Translations under genes and position numbers: made by a program
DNA from: the human T2T-CHM13v2.0 reference genome, Homo sapiens
Assembly: GCA_009914755.4 (NCBI GenBank)
Contig: CP086569.2
Span: forward strand, 20,736,001-20,800,000
Direction: 5' to 3'
Length of the DNA: 64,000 nucleotides
Shown here: positions 35,161 to 46,465 of the stretch, piece by piece
Position numbering within the stretch: the stretch's first letter is position 1
Layout: every line of letters begins with the position of its first letter
Notes under the pieces: generated by a model
What the model was told of the DNA's origin: nothing
What the model saw: the letters and a program-made list of their open reading frames with translations, nothing else
Database searches by the model: none

Positions 35161-36120
35161 TTATTTTAGTTAGAATCCATTACTGGAGACCTAATATGAA
35201 TTTTCTCTTTACCCATAAGTGCAGAAATAACTGGGTCCTCTCCTACAAGAGCTTTACATGTATGTACCTTCAGCCCTCTGGAACATTTCAGGGTAACTAC
35301 ATCCCCACAGGAAGAGCATTCTTCAGGTTCAAGCATGCATGAAAGGTGGAGTAAAAATGCATCCCTACTTGGAATGTCAACGTACCTATAGATAAAAATG
35401 GTATTTGCCCAGTTTGAGCAGCCAGACCCTTGTTCAGAAGAAAGTCTGAGAGGTGGATCACTTTCCTGCAGGCCTGGCAAGGGAGATGAGGTTGTTTCCA
35501 CCCTTTCCCTGATAAGATGTCAGTGTGTTTTACTGAGATCTCCCAAAGCAATCTCTGCCAACCTTCTGCTATTAAGTATTTCAACTATTAACCTGCTTTA
35601 GCTACAACCAATTTCTACCCAGAGAGACCTCCCCTAAAACCATGAAGCCTAAACTTTTAAATACAGTAAACAAAATGGAAACAAAATAAATAAATAAAAT
35701 GTGCATGTAATGGGGGAACAAGGTGAGCTTAAAGAGACCTCTGTCATTTCAAACTTATAGGTAACAGTGAACTTGCTCTCACACTCAGTACACTTCTACT
35801 ACAACCAGCATCTGAGAAAGCTATTACATAAAAATTTTCTCAGTCTGCACCCCTGAAAGCAGAAAGTGCCAAATTAGTCTAGAATAAGCTATAAGTATTA
35901 AAAAATATCATCCTTAAGGTGAAAAATTTCAAAACAGAAAATTTAGAAAATTAAAAATATGTATAACTTGTCTACCCAAATGAGAAGGAACCAGAAAAAT
36001 AACTTTGGTAATATTAAAAAAAAAAAAAACAGGTTCTAAAACACTCCAAAAAGTTTACACTAACTCCTCAGCAATAGAGCCAAATCAAGATCAATATTCT
36101 CTGAAATACTGTGTCCAGAA

Positions 36121-36805
36121 TTGGCTCCTTCTGGTGGGTTCTTGGTCTTGCTAACCTCAAGAATGAAGCCGCGGATCCTCACGGTCAGTGTTACAGTTCT
36201 TAAAGATGGTGTGTCTGGGGTTTGTTCCTTCAGATGTTCAGATGTGTCTGGTGTTTCTTCCTTCTGGTGGGTTCATGGTCTTGCTGACTTCAGGAGTGAA
36301 GACGCAGACCTTTGCGGTGAGTGTTACAGCTCTTAAAGGTGGCGTGTCAGGAGTTGTTCATTCCTCCCAGTGGGTTCGTTGTCTAACTGACTTCAGGAGT
36401 GAAGCTGCAGACCTTCGTGGTGAGTGTTACAGCTCATAAAAGTAGAGTGTAGCCAAAAAGTGAGCAGCAGCAAGATTTATTGCGAAGAGCAGAAGACAGT
36501 GTGGAAGCGGACCTGAGCAGGTTGCCACTGCTGGCTTGGGTGCCCAGCTTTTATTTGCTTATTTGGCCCCACCTATATCCTGCTGATTGGTCCATTTTAC
36601 AGAGCGCTTATTGATGCATTTACAAACCTTTAGCTAGACACAGAGTGCTGATTGGTGCATTTTTAGAGTGCTGACAGGTGCATTTACAAACTTTTAGCTA
36701 AACACAAAGCACTGATTGGTGTGTTTGCAACCCTTTAGCCAGACAGAAATGTTCTCCAAGTCCCCACTCTACTCAGAAGCCCAGCCAGCTTCACCTTTCA
36801 ATACT
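36121..36805 (+). mobile_element. LTR12-family (HERV-9 LTR) 5' portion, 3'-truncated, with the ~105-bp leading subunit present three times
   Basis: Three consecutive units 'ttctggtgggttc.tggtcttgct.ac.tcagga.tgaag.cgcaga.c.tcg.ggtgagtgttacag.tc.taaag' lie at ~36121-36257, 36258-36364 and 36365-36455. They are followed by '...agcaagatttattgcgaagag...' and the hallmark U3 repeats 'gctgattggtgcatttacaaacctttagctagacacagagtg' (CCAAT-containing). The fragment ends '...ttctccaagtccccactc'. Confidence 0.6.
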
Positions 36806-37233
36806 CAATATAATAAATATGTGATTTATAAAATGGCTGAACCTAAGAATAAGTGGTGTTGCCGATGGAGAAGAAAGAGAAACATATTTGGAAAACTTAT
36901 TTGAGGGAATAATTAATAAAACATTTCTTGGCTTTGCTAGAGATTTATATTTGCAAATATAAGAAGCTCAAAAATTTCCTGAGATATTTATTATAAAAAG
37001 GAGTTCACCAACGCATATTGTCATTGGCCCTCTAAAGTCAACCTGAAAAAAAAAAAATTCTGAGACTAGTGAGATAAAAGAATCAGGTAACCTATAAAGG
37101 AAAATCTGTCAGAATATCAGGAGAATTCTCATAAAAACTCTTATCAGTCATAAAGAATTAGGGTCTCATTTAACTTTTTAAAACAGAATTACTATCAGTC
37201 CAGAATTTTTTATCTAGTAGCACTAAATTTTCA
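36806..37233 (+). mobile_element. Ancient L1M, ORF1-end segment (part 1 of an element spanning to 45545)
   Basis: Similar to 17200-18480 ('gaaaacttatttgagggaataattaataaaacatttcttggctttgc', 'taacctataaaggaaaatctgtcagaatatcagg'). Confidence 0.6.
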
Positions 37234-37560
37234 GGCTGGGCACAGTGGCTCATGCCTGTAATCCCAGTACTTTGGGAGGCCGAGGTGGGCGGATCACCTG
37301 AGGTCGGTAGTTCAAGACTAGCCTGATCAAGATGGAGAAACCCCCTCTCTACTAAAAATACAAAAAATTAGCCAGGAATGGTGATGCATGCCTGTAATTC
37401 CAGCTACTCAGGAGGGTGAGGTAGGAGAATCACTTGAATCTGAGAGGCAGATATTGTGGTGAGTTGAGATAGTGTCATTGCCCTCCAGCCTGGGCAACAA
37501 GAGTGAAACTCCATCTCAAAAAACCAAGCCAAAACAAACAAACAAAAAAAACCCAAAAAC
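37234..37560 (+). mobile_element. Alu SINE with A-rich tail, inserted in L1M
   Basis: 'ggctgggcacagtggctcatgcctgtaatcccagtactttgggaggccgaggtgggcggatcacctgaggtc...'. Confidence 0.9.
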
Positions 37561-39069
37561 TAAGTTTTCTATATGAAAGATAAATAAAGTTATCTTCAGA
37601 CAAATAAACATTGAGGAAAATAATTACTACCAGACCAGCTGTTCATGAATGCAAAAAAGTTCCAAATCCTAAAGCAAAAGATTGATATGCACCAGAATAG
37701 AACCTCTTGAAAGTACAAAACTCACAGGACCTATAAAACAATAACACAATAAAAAAGACCAAATATCTAGGTCACTAGTAACATAATGATTGCAACAGTA
37801 CCTCACATCTCAATATTAATGTTGAAAGTAAATTGCCTAAGTAAAAGGCTGGAAAAAGTTATTCCATGCAAATAGAAATCAAAACTGAGTAGCAGCATCT
37901 ATTCTTATATCAGGTGAAAAAATCTTTTAAGCAAAAACAGTAAAAAAAGACAAGATTATCATCTAATGATAAAAGTTTTAATTGAATAAGAAATTACAAG
38001 CCTAAATGTATATGTACCCAACACTGGGCTCATAAAACATTTACTTCTATACTTAAGATAGAGAGCAACAGAATAATAATAGGGAACATCAATACTCCAC
38101 TGACAACATAGAGCAACATAGTTAATTGAGACAGGAAGTCAGCAAAGAAACAGTAGACTTAAAGTACACTCTAGAGCGAATAAATCTAACAGATACTTAA
38201 ATAACAATCTAGCCAAGAATTGCAGAAAATACATTCTTCTCATTAGCATATAAAACCTTATCAAAGATATGCCATATGATAGGCCACAAAACAAATCTCA
38301 ATACATTTAAAAATATTAAAATTATATCAATTGTCAGACAACAAAAATAAAAGTAATAAACATCAGAGAAACCCTCAAACTATATAAACACAAGAAAATT
38401 AAAACCACCTGCTTCTGAATAATTTTTTATCTAACTATAAAACCAAGTGAAATTTAGAAATTATTTGAATTAATAATAGCAACATAAACTATCAGAACTT
38501 CTGGGATTCAAAAAAAGTAGTGCTAAGATGAAAGTTTATAGCACTAAATGTCTACATCACAAAGTCTGAAAGATTACAAATTTACACCCTAGTTTTACAT
38601 CCCATGAATAACAGGAACAAATTAAACTCAAAGCTAACAGAAAATAAGAAATAACATTGGTCAGAGCAAAACTAAATAAACTTAAAAATACAAAAGATTA
38701 GTAAAAAAAAAATAAAGCTGGTTATTTGGAAAGATAAACAAAGTTTATAGACTATTAGCGAGACTAACCAAGGAAAGAAGAGACACGATTCAAATAAAGT
38801 CAATTTGGAATAAAATGAAATATTACAATCAGCACCACAAAAATAGAAAAAATTACTTGAGACTGCTATGAAGACCTTCACGCATATAAACTAGAAAATC
38901 TAGGGAAAACAAATAAGTACTTAGGAACATAGGATCCTTCTAGATTAAATTAGAAAGAAATATAAAGCATAAACAGATCAATAACAAGCAATGAGACTGA
39001 AACAGTAATTTAAAAATTGCCAACCCAGAAAACCTGGAGCCAGATAGATTTACAGCTGACATCTACCAG
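37561..39069 (+). mobile_element. Ancient L1M ORF2 (EN to early RT), continues after the ERV at 44197
   Basis: Translates to L1 ORF2-like peptides. It ends '...lpTqKtwsqidltadiyq', and the ERV insertion point lies inside the 'FTAEFYQ' motif. Confidence 0.7.
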
Positions 39070-39556
39070 TGTGGGGGTTCAGTCAGGCTGGTGGGAAACA
39101 TTATGGTTATAAAGAACATACACAAGACCTTTTGGAAGGCCTGAAGGATTTTCTATACATTACTTGGCTGAAAGCAGCCTTGTCCCTTAGTTAAATAAAT
39201 TAGAGTAGAAACAAAGGAATGTGACGAGTTTGTCTAACTAATTTGTTTACTAATGTGAGCCTAAGACTAAACTTTGATCTACCACAGGTGCTTAATTGCT
39301 TTCTACTGGGGAGGTCTGCTATGTCAATTACCCTCTAGTGGTGTGGACTCAAGCCTTTGTTAATTAATCTTTACTGAACAAATGCGAGTCTCACTGGCTA
39401 GCTGGTCGCGGCGGCTGTCACAACTGTTTACAGCACTCTGCTTGGAGTCTCTAAGAGGCCAGGATGCTCAGCCGGACTGACAAAGCAGAATATCTGTCTG
39501 TCAGTGTATTTTATTGATCCCTCGTTGGGTCAGGGTATGCAGGATGGACCTCTGCA
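39070..39556 (+). repeat. ERV 5' LTR
   Basis: 'tgtgggggttcagtcaggctggtgggaaac...ggatggacctctgca'. The AATAAA is mutated to 'gaacaaatgc' relative to the 3' LTR. Confidence 0.85.
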
Positions 39557-41032
39557 GCTGTTGCCCCTGTGTAAGGATTGCTGAGAATGGAGCCCAGTGG
39601 ACCCCTGGAAAACGAAGGTGAAGAGGAGCAGGCAGTCAAGTCAGTAAAACAGTAAGTCATTGGTGTCCACTTGGGATCTCCAAGTTCAGGGGGGATTGTT
39701 CAGGCTGAGGTTTCATCATGGGACAACAGTTATTAGCACAGCAAAAACAGTATCTAAAAGTGTTAAAACAGCTGCTTAAGGCCAGCAGAGACTCAATTTC
39801 ACAGGCTCAATTAAGAGACCTAAGCTAAACTGTTTTCTCACATAATCCGTGGTTCCCAGAAGAAGGAATGCTAGACGTAGTCTGGGACAAGTAGGGAGAC
39901 ATCTTAAACAACATTATGCATAAGGGCAGTGGGTTCCGGTAACAGCTTTAATGCTATGGGCTTTAATTAGAGCAGCCCTGGTTCAGTAACACACGGAAGA
40001 GCCTAAAAAGCGGAAGGAGGAGGAGACGTCATCTACTTTACCGCCTTCCCATTCCCCAGCCCGGATATCACTGGGTCAAAATAACAAAAAGGAAACGGAG
40101 GTTTTGCCTGAGCCCTCTCCTCCAATAGCTAGGAAAAAGGACAGGAAATACGCTTCGGCTATGAGACCCTGAGTTAAGCAAGGGGCAATAGAAAGCGAGC
40201 TTTTATCCTGCTGGGTGATGCAAGATCAGCAAGGCAATCAGGTACATAAAGAGTTAAGAAAAAGCACTGGAGGTCGGAGCCCTGAGGGCAAGGAAGCCCT
40301 AGGCAAAACGGAAGGCTTGGCAGCCGGGAAGCTCGCAAACCTGGAGCCAGCAAATACTCCTGGGAACTCAGCCTTCGTGGCAGTGGTGGCATCGGACAGC
40401 TAGGCTCAGTGGGCTGGAACTGGTCTCCTAGGGAGGGGCAGGAGGTGTACGTGGGAAGGTCTGCCCAGCCGGCAGCAGCCACTGGCTGCGGCTGTGGGGA
40501 GGGAGTGGCACACAAAGATAAAAAAGGGAAAAATGCGGTGCAGACAAAGCGACAGCCCCTAAGCAAGCATAATGAGCCACCGCCCCGGGACCTCCCTGCT
40601 TAGCTGCCTTACAGCTTCACAGGTGCCCGATGGCAAAATTTCATGTATTTATGGTATACAAGTGACGTCGCAGATTATAATCATCTGCTAAGATTTAAAT
40701 AAAATTTAAAAATTTAAAAGACCTTTTTCTAGTAGTAGCCACTGTAATCTCTCTCGCCTATAACATGACTCTCTTCTAATCCAATTTAAGTAAAACAGTG
40801 ACCTCTAAAGGGAGAGAGATTACCAAAAAGCCCATGAGTTAGTTAAGGAGAAGTTAAAAGTGGAAAGTTAAACATGGAAAAGTGACAGTTTGGTGGAGAC
40901 CATATAATGTAATCACTCAATCCGTATTTACTACCACTCAGAGAGCTGAGATGGTGGCTCTGATATTATCAAGTCCACAGCTCACTGCCTCGCCCATTAG
41001 CTTATAGCAATAATCAAGCTGACCTTCAGGTT

Positions 41033-41560
41033 ATGACATCACTGCTGGACCACGCCACCCAATCGCACCTATTTTTCCATCAAAGTTGGAGAAACTTATC
41101 TATGCAGTATCTACTTATCCAGAGACTGGCTAAACAAATTATCCTACAATGCCCAGATTGCCAGCTCACAGGCATGTCCCTCCTTCAACAGGCGTTAACC
41201 CTAGAGGATAAGAACCTAATCAGTTATGACAAACAGTTGTTATACACATCCCTGAATTTATAAAACTAGGATATGTACATGTATCCATTGATACCAACAC
41301 TCATTTAATTAGTACATAGGCTCTGCCTGGCTAGTCAACTCAGTATGTCATTAAACATCTTCTTTTAACTTTTGCATTTATGGGATGGCTCACAAAAATT
41401 AAAACTGATAATGGGCCAGCTTAGGCCAACTCACAATTTCAACAATTTTGTCACACGTGGAATATCCATCATTCCACAGGCATCCCATATAACCCCCAAG
41501 GACAAGCCATGGTAGAACATGCCCACTCCACCCTTAAAAATATGCTCAAAAAACAAAAGG
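41033..41560 (+). pseudogene. Retroviral integrase remnant (zinc-finger plus part of the catalytic core)
   Basis: ORF 41033-41263 contains 'HLFFHQSW...ILQCPDCQ'. The following frame gives '[49 protein letters not shown]'. Confidence 0.7.
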
Positions 41561-41720
41561 GAGAGTAAGGGGAAAGACCCTGCAACAATATTGGCACAAG
41601 ACTTATTTACTCTTAATTTTTTAAATTTAGATGACACATTTCAATCAACTCCGGAAAAGCACTTTGCTAAAACCTCTCAAGGCATAAAACCTTCAGTTTT
41701 ATGGAAAGATGTAAACAGTA

Positions 41721-42431
41721 ATGTATGGGGTCATCCAAGTAAAAGAAGAGGGTATGCTTGTGTCCTCACCCCCTCAGGTTCTTTTTAGATTGCAGCACAA
41801 CGTGTCAAACCATACCATGGCATGGCTAGGACCAAACCCTGTATCAGAAATGAAGGAATTAACACTAAGACCCATAGCCCTGGACAATGTGGCTTCTGAG
41901 GATGACATTACTTGGGGGATGCTGAAGGCTGAATGGATCCTGCTCTGGACACAGACACCACTTACTCCAGATAATTTGTTTCTTGCTATGCTTTCTATTG
42001 TACATTGCAACTCACGTAGGGTATTGATCCTTCTTATGCTCTCACTTTGTCTGCTGCCTGTATCTGCTACACTCTACTGGGCTCATATCTTAGATCTGCC
42101 TTTCTTTTGCTCTGTCCCCTGGGCAGATACTCCCTTCCCAGCCTTTAATACCATAACTTCTTGGCTAGGAGGGATAGATTTACCCCCACTGGGGTCCCTC
42201 AACAATGGCACACATTGGACTAAGGTGCCAGATAACACTACATATCACTCCACTATCCTCCCACTCTGTGCAAGTTATAAAAGTTCTAACCCTTACTGTA
42301 TACCTGACCAAAAACAAGGATGGCTACATCATGACAGAGGAACTGCCTTAACATTCTTAGCTGCAGGTAACCTCAAACCGGGCAATGCAATCAATGCCAC
42401 TTTCCCAAACATTCCTTCCTGTGCTAAATAA
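41721..42431 (+). CDS. Open 236-aa env surface-subunit (SU) fragment of the provirus (TE-derived; no evidence of host function)
   Basis: The ORF has a hydrophobic signal-like segment (LILLMLSLCLLPVSATLYW), several N-glycosylation sequons (NGTHW, NTTY, NATF) and a HERV-K-like 'TQTP...AMLSIV' motif. It terminates before TM. Confidence 0.6.
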   Translation: MYGVIQVKEEGMLVSSPPQVLFRLQHNVSNHTMAWLGPNPVSEMKELTLRPIALDNVASEDDITWGMLKAEWILLWTQTPLTPDNLFLAMLSIVHCNSRRVLILLMLSLCLLPVSATLYWAHILDLPFFCSVPWADTPFPAFNTITSWLGGIDLPPLGSLNNGTHWTKVPDNTTYHSTILPLCASYKSSNPYCIPDQKQGWLHHDRGTALTFLAAGNLKPGNAINATFPNIPSCAK

Positions 42432-42542
42432 CAAATCTGGGAAAGTGATGTACACTTTAGCTGGGAGTTCTGTCATGGGAAACAAGCCCATAGCCTCCAG
42501 TTAGGTAATTATAACATCTTAGACCACAGACCAAATGGCTGC

Positions 42543-43600
42543 TTGCAGGGCAGCCTTGCTAATGTCTTCATCCATCGTAGCATCAATCACAATTTCATAG
42601 CCATGTCTCATTCCCCTATAATTTGGGCCAATAGGGAGATGGGCTATCCTAGACCCCGAGTAAATTCCATGCCACCCCAAGGCACTTTATGGCACCTGGG
42701 ACATCTTAGCACCTCCCTTAACACCTGGCATGGGGCATATCATAATTCCAATCGCAACTATACTATAGCCTTTATTCATAATCACACAGATCAGTGCCTG
42801 ATTTGCACCACCCATCCATATGTTTTCTTCATGGGAACTAACATTTCCATTATACCCTGGAACTCCACATTTGTGACAAGCTTAATTTGCTTCAAGTATC
42901 ACTAATCACAATATATCTAATTTAAAAATTACTCATGTCATGGTATTAAGGAAACAATCTAAGGTATTTATACCAGTCAATTTGACACTTGATTGGCAAG
43001 GTTTCTCTACCCTTGCCACCTTAAAACATGCTCTGTCCCCAGTCGGACAAAAAGATTCATAGTTACACTTAGGGCCTTTTTAGTCTCAGCCACAGTCATT
43101 CTGGCAACTGCTAGTGTTACTGTGGCATCTATTCCTAAATCAGCACAAACAGCTGCTTTTGTAGATAATATGTCCAGAAATGTGTCTAATAAACTTCTCT
43201 TACAGCAAATATAGATCAAAAGATTCTTACTTGACTGCATGCCCTTGAGGCTGCCTTAGAATATGTGGGGGAGCAATAAGATGCACTGGGATTTTGACAG
43301 CAGTTAAACTGTGACTGGGAACATAAAAATATCTGTGTCACTTCTCTACCATGGAGTCAATCAATACATAGTTGGGATGAGGTGAAACATTTAACAGCAC
43401 ATGTAAAGCAACTGAAAACTAATATTTTAGAATCCCTTCACACCATAGATCTACACACCCAACAAACAGCCATATGGAAAGGTGTGCAAGATCCTTTCTC
43501 TTTGTTAGACCACCCACTCCTAGGGGTCACTCTTTGACTGGAAAAGAATGTTGCTAATTTTGCTCATGATTGTTTTATGTTATTTACTAATTCTAGATGC
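42543..43600 (+). pseudogene. Remainder of env (SU C-terminal part, furin site, TM fusion peptide and ectodomain) with frameshifts and stops
   Basis: ORFs 42543-42905 and 42993-43214 ('RTKRFIVTLRAFLVSATVILATASVTVASIPKSAQTAAFVDNMSRNVSNKLL' resembles HERV-K '[51 protein letters not shown]'). Confidence 0.65.
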
Positions 43601-43695
43601 AAAGTCAAAATAAGAGCAATGACCACCACACCTGAAAAACCTGTTGCTCCAGATATTTATGGTTTCCAATCCAAAAGACCTAATGCTGAAAACAT

Positions 43696-43707
43696 AAAAG
43701 AGGGAGG
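43696..43707 (+). promoter_or_regulatory. Retroviral polypurine tract (PPT)
   Basis: The purine run 'aaaagagggaggta' lies immediately 5' of the 3' LTR. Confidence 0.6.
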
Positions 43708-44190
43708 TAGGAGGGTTCAGTCAGGCATGTGGGAAAAATTTTACTTATAGAGAATATACACAAACCCTTTTGGAAGGCTTAGGGGTTTTTAGGTGTAGTA
43801 CTTGGCTGAAGGCAGCCTTGTCCCTTTAGTTAAGTAAATTAGACTAGAAACAAAGGAATGTGTGGAGTTTATCAAACTAGCTTGTTTACTCATGTGGTCC
43901 TAACACTAACATTTGATCATTGCTGGTGCTTAATTGCTTTCTACTTGGGTAGTGTGCAATGTCAATTATCCTGTAGCGGTGTTGACTCAAACCTTTGTCA
44001 GTTAATCTTTACTGAATAAATGCAATTCTCACTGGCTGGTCAGGGCCATGGTCACAACTGTTTACAGCACTCTGCTTGGAGTCTGTGAGAGGCCTACATG
44101 CTCAGCTAGACTGGCAAAGCAGAATATCTGTGTGTCAGTGTAATTTATTCATCCATCATTGGGTCAGATTCTGTGGGATGGACCCTCGCA
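43708..44190 (+). repeat. ERV 3' LTR
   Basis: 'gagggttcagtcaggcatgtgggaaaaat...ttactgaataaatgcaattctcactgg...ggatggaccctcgca'. It contains an AATAAA. Confidence 0.85.
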
Positions 44191-44196
44191 TACCAG

Positions 44197-45545
44197 AAAT
44201 TTTAAGAAGGATTAGTGCTAATCCTATTGAAACTATTTCAAAATGCTGAGAAAAAAAGAATTTTTCCTAACTAATTCTATAAAGCCAATATTATTACTCT
44301 GATATCCAAACCAGGAAAGGATATAAAAACAGAAAGCTACAGACAAATATTCTTTATCAACATGATTGCAAAAATTCTCAGGATACTAAGTTAACTGAAT
44401 CCAAGTGCACATCAATAAGATAAATACACCATAATCAAGTGGATTTTATTCAGGGATGCATAAATAATTTAACATACATTAACAGAAGGCAATAAAATAA
44501 TACCTTGCATAAACAGAATTAAAAACAAAAACCATATGATTATTTCAATAGATACAGAAAAGCATTGATATAATCCAGCATCCCTTTATGATAAAAACAC
44601 TTAACAAAGTAGGAATAAGAAAGATTTATCTAAAAAAAAGGGCCATATATGACAGGCCCACAGTAAACATTACATTGAATGGGGAAAAGTTGAAAGCATT
44701 TCCACTAGAACAAGACAATATGACCACTTTCATCACTTCTATTTAATATAGTACTGGATGTCATAGCCACAACAATCAGGCAAGTTAAATAAATAAAGGG
44801 CTTCCAAATTGGAAAAGAGGAAGTCACATGATTGCTTAGTTAACTATATGATTTTATACCTAGAAAACCATAAAGACATGATCAAGAGTCTGCTAAGTTT
44901 GATAAACAAATTAGGGAGTCTCAAGTTTCAAAATCAATATGCACAAATTGGTAGTACTTAAAAAGCAGTATGGATATGTATTAAAGAACTAAAAGTAGAT
45001 CTACCATTTTATCCAGTAGTCCTACTACTAGATAGCTACCCAAATGAAAATAAGTTATTATATTAAGAAGACAGCTGCACATGTATGTTTATTGTAGCAC
45101 AATTCACAATTGCAAGGACATGAAACCAACCTAAGCATTCACTGAGTCCATGAGTAGATAAAGTAAATATGGTATATACACACTGTAAAATACTACTCAG
45201 CCATAAAAAAATAATGTCTTTTGCAGCAACATTGATGGAGCATCAGATTTAACTTTCAGGCTATTATTCTAACTAAAATAACTCAGTAATAGAAAAAAAT
45301 GCCATATATTCTCAGTTATAGGTGGGAACTAAGCTATTGATATGCAAGGAAATACAGATAAATATAATGAATTATGAAAACAAAGAAAATGGAGGGTGAG
45401 AAACAAAACAAACTACATAATGTGTACAATGCATACTAATTTGGTGACGGGTACACTAAAATCTACTTCACCACTGTACAAGTCATTTATGTAGCAAAAA
45501 ACCTCTTGTACCCCCAAAGTTATTGAAATTAAAAACTTTTTAAAA
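44197..45545 (+). mobile_element. Ancient L1M ORF2 (RT to the 3' end), continuation of 37561-39069
   Basis: It resumes exactly at the interrupted codons ('...taccagaaattttaagaagg...' gives 'YQKF.EG..P...'), includes 'FADDMILYLENP'-like RT motifs further downstream, and ends with an A-rich 3' region at ~45545. Confidence 0.7.
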
Positions 45546-45549
45546 AATA

Positions 45550-46110
45550 AAATGTATACTATACTACAAAGCAATAATATCCAAATGGCATACTAATACA
45601 AAAACAGACACATAGTTAAAAGAAACTTAATAGCAAACTCAGAGTCTATGCATTTACAGTCAAATAATTTTGACAAAGTACTCAAGGGTATACATTGAGG
45701 AAAGGACTATCTCTTAAACAAATGGTGCTGGGACAGCCAGTATTCATAAGCAGCAGAATGATACTAGATTGCTATCATTTGCCATATACAAAAATCCAGC
45801 TAAAAGAAATAAATACTTAAATTTAAGACACCAAAGGTAAAACAATAGAGGATCACATAAGAGAAACACATCACGACATCAGTCTATGAAAAGATATTGA
45901 TAAGATTAAAAAGCATAGCCAAGAAAAAAATACTCATGTAGGACCATATCAAACAAAAAGCTTCTACACTACAACAATTGACAGAAAAAATAAACCACTT
46001 ACAAAATGGGAAAAATATTTTCAAAGCAAAAAAAAAATCCTTTAAATTAAATATAGGAAAAAGTTTGAGCAGACTTTAAAAAAAAAAGGCAAATGTTTAA
46101 CAAGTTACAT
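45550..46110 (+). mobile_element. Ancient L1M ORF2 C-terminal fragment
   Basis: 'KQMVLGQPVFISSRM.LD..H..YTKI.LKEIN' matches the L1 ORF2 C-terminal region ('[10 protein letters not shown]...[21 protein letters not shown]'). Confidence 0.5.
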
Positions 46111-46117
46111 AATTTGC

Positions 46118-46465
46118 TTCTGTGTTCCCACCCAAATCTCATTTTGAATCCTAATCCCCATGTGTTGAATGAGAGACCTGGTAGAAGGTCATTGAATTTT
46201 AGGAGCATCTTCCCCATGCTGGGTTCTCGATATTGAGGGAGTTCTCACAAAATCTGATGGTTTATAAGTGGCAGTTTCCTTGGCACTTGCTTCTTTCTAC
46301 TGCCACCTTGAAAAGAATGTGCCAGCTTCCCCTTCCCCTTCTGCCATGATTGTAAGTTTCCTGAGGCTTCCCCAGCCATGTGAAACTGTGAATCAATTAA
46401 ACCTCTTTCCTTTATAAATTACTTAGTTTTAGGCAGTTCCTTACAGCAGTGAAAAAAAGGACTTA
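46118..46465 (+). mobile_element. MaLR LTR (THE1/MST-like), 5'-truncated
   Basis: 'cccacccaaatctcattttgaatcctaatccccatgtgttg...agggagttctcacaaaatctgatggtttataag...ccttctgccatgattgtaagtttcctgaggcttccccagccatgtgaaactgtgaatcaattaaacctctttcctttataaattac' closely matches the THE1/MST LTR architecture. Confidence 0.7.

Larger units (their letters stand above)
39070..44190 (+). mobile_element. Internally deleted HERV-K-superfamily (class II, betaretrovirus-like) provirus: LTR-gag remnant-[PR/RT deleted]-IN-env-LTR
   Basis: Two homologous ~485-bp LTRs (39070-39556 and 43708-44190), both TG...CA, are ~10-15% diverged by eye. The 6-bp TSD 'taccag' lies at 39064-39069 and 44191-44196 and reconstitutes the interrupted L1 ORF2 codons. 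The polypurine tract 'aaaagagggaggtaggag' abuts the 3' LTR. An integrase HHCC and core remnant is present ('ILQCPDCQ', '[41 protein letters not shown]'). An env SU-like ORF shows HERV-K-like 'TQTPLTPDNLFLAMLSIV...'. A furin site and fusion peptide are present ('RTKRFIVTLRAFLVSATVILATASVTVAS'). Confidence 0.85.

Noticed and set aside
36121-36455. Three evenly sized direct repeats (~105 bp) that could superficially suggest a CRISPR-like or satellite array
   Set aside because: They are the duplicated leader subunit of an LTR12 (HERV-9) LTR followed by its CCAAT-box U3 repeats. There are no spacers or short palindromic repeats, and the genome is primate.
39557-39580. Calling a specific tRNA primer-binding site immediately 3' of the ERV 5' LTR
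   Set aside because: The 18 bases after the LTR ('gctgttgcccctgtgtaa') do not start with TGG and did not match any human tRNA 3' end I could reconstruct (Lys, Pro, His, Phe, Trp, Leu, Ile, Glu, Arg, Ser, Met). The PBS is probably mutated.
41721-42431. Intact 236-aa retroviral env SU ORF, a possible domesticated syncytin-like gene
   Set aside because: It stops before the furin site and TM, which lie downstream in other frames with stops. The provirus LTRs are ~10-15% diverged, and there is no sign of purifying selection (gag and pol are destroyed). It is kept only as a TE-derived ORF.
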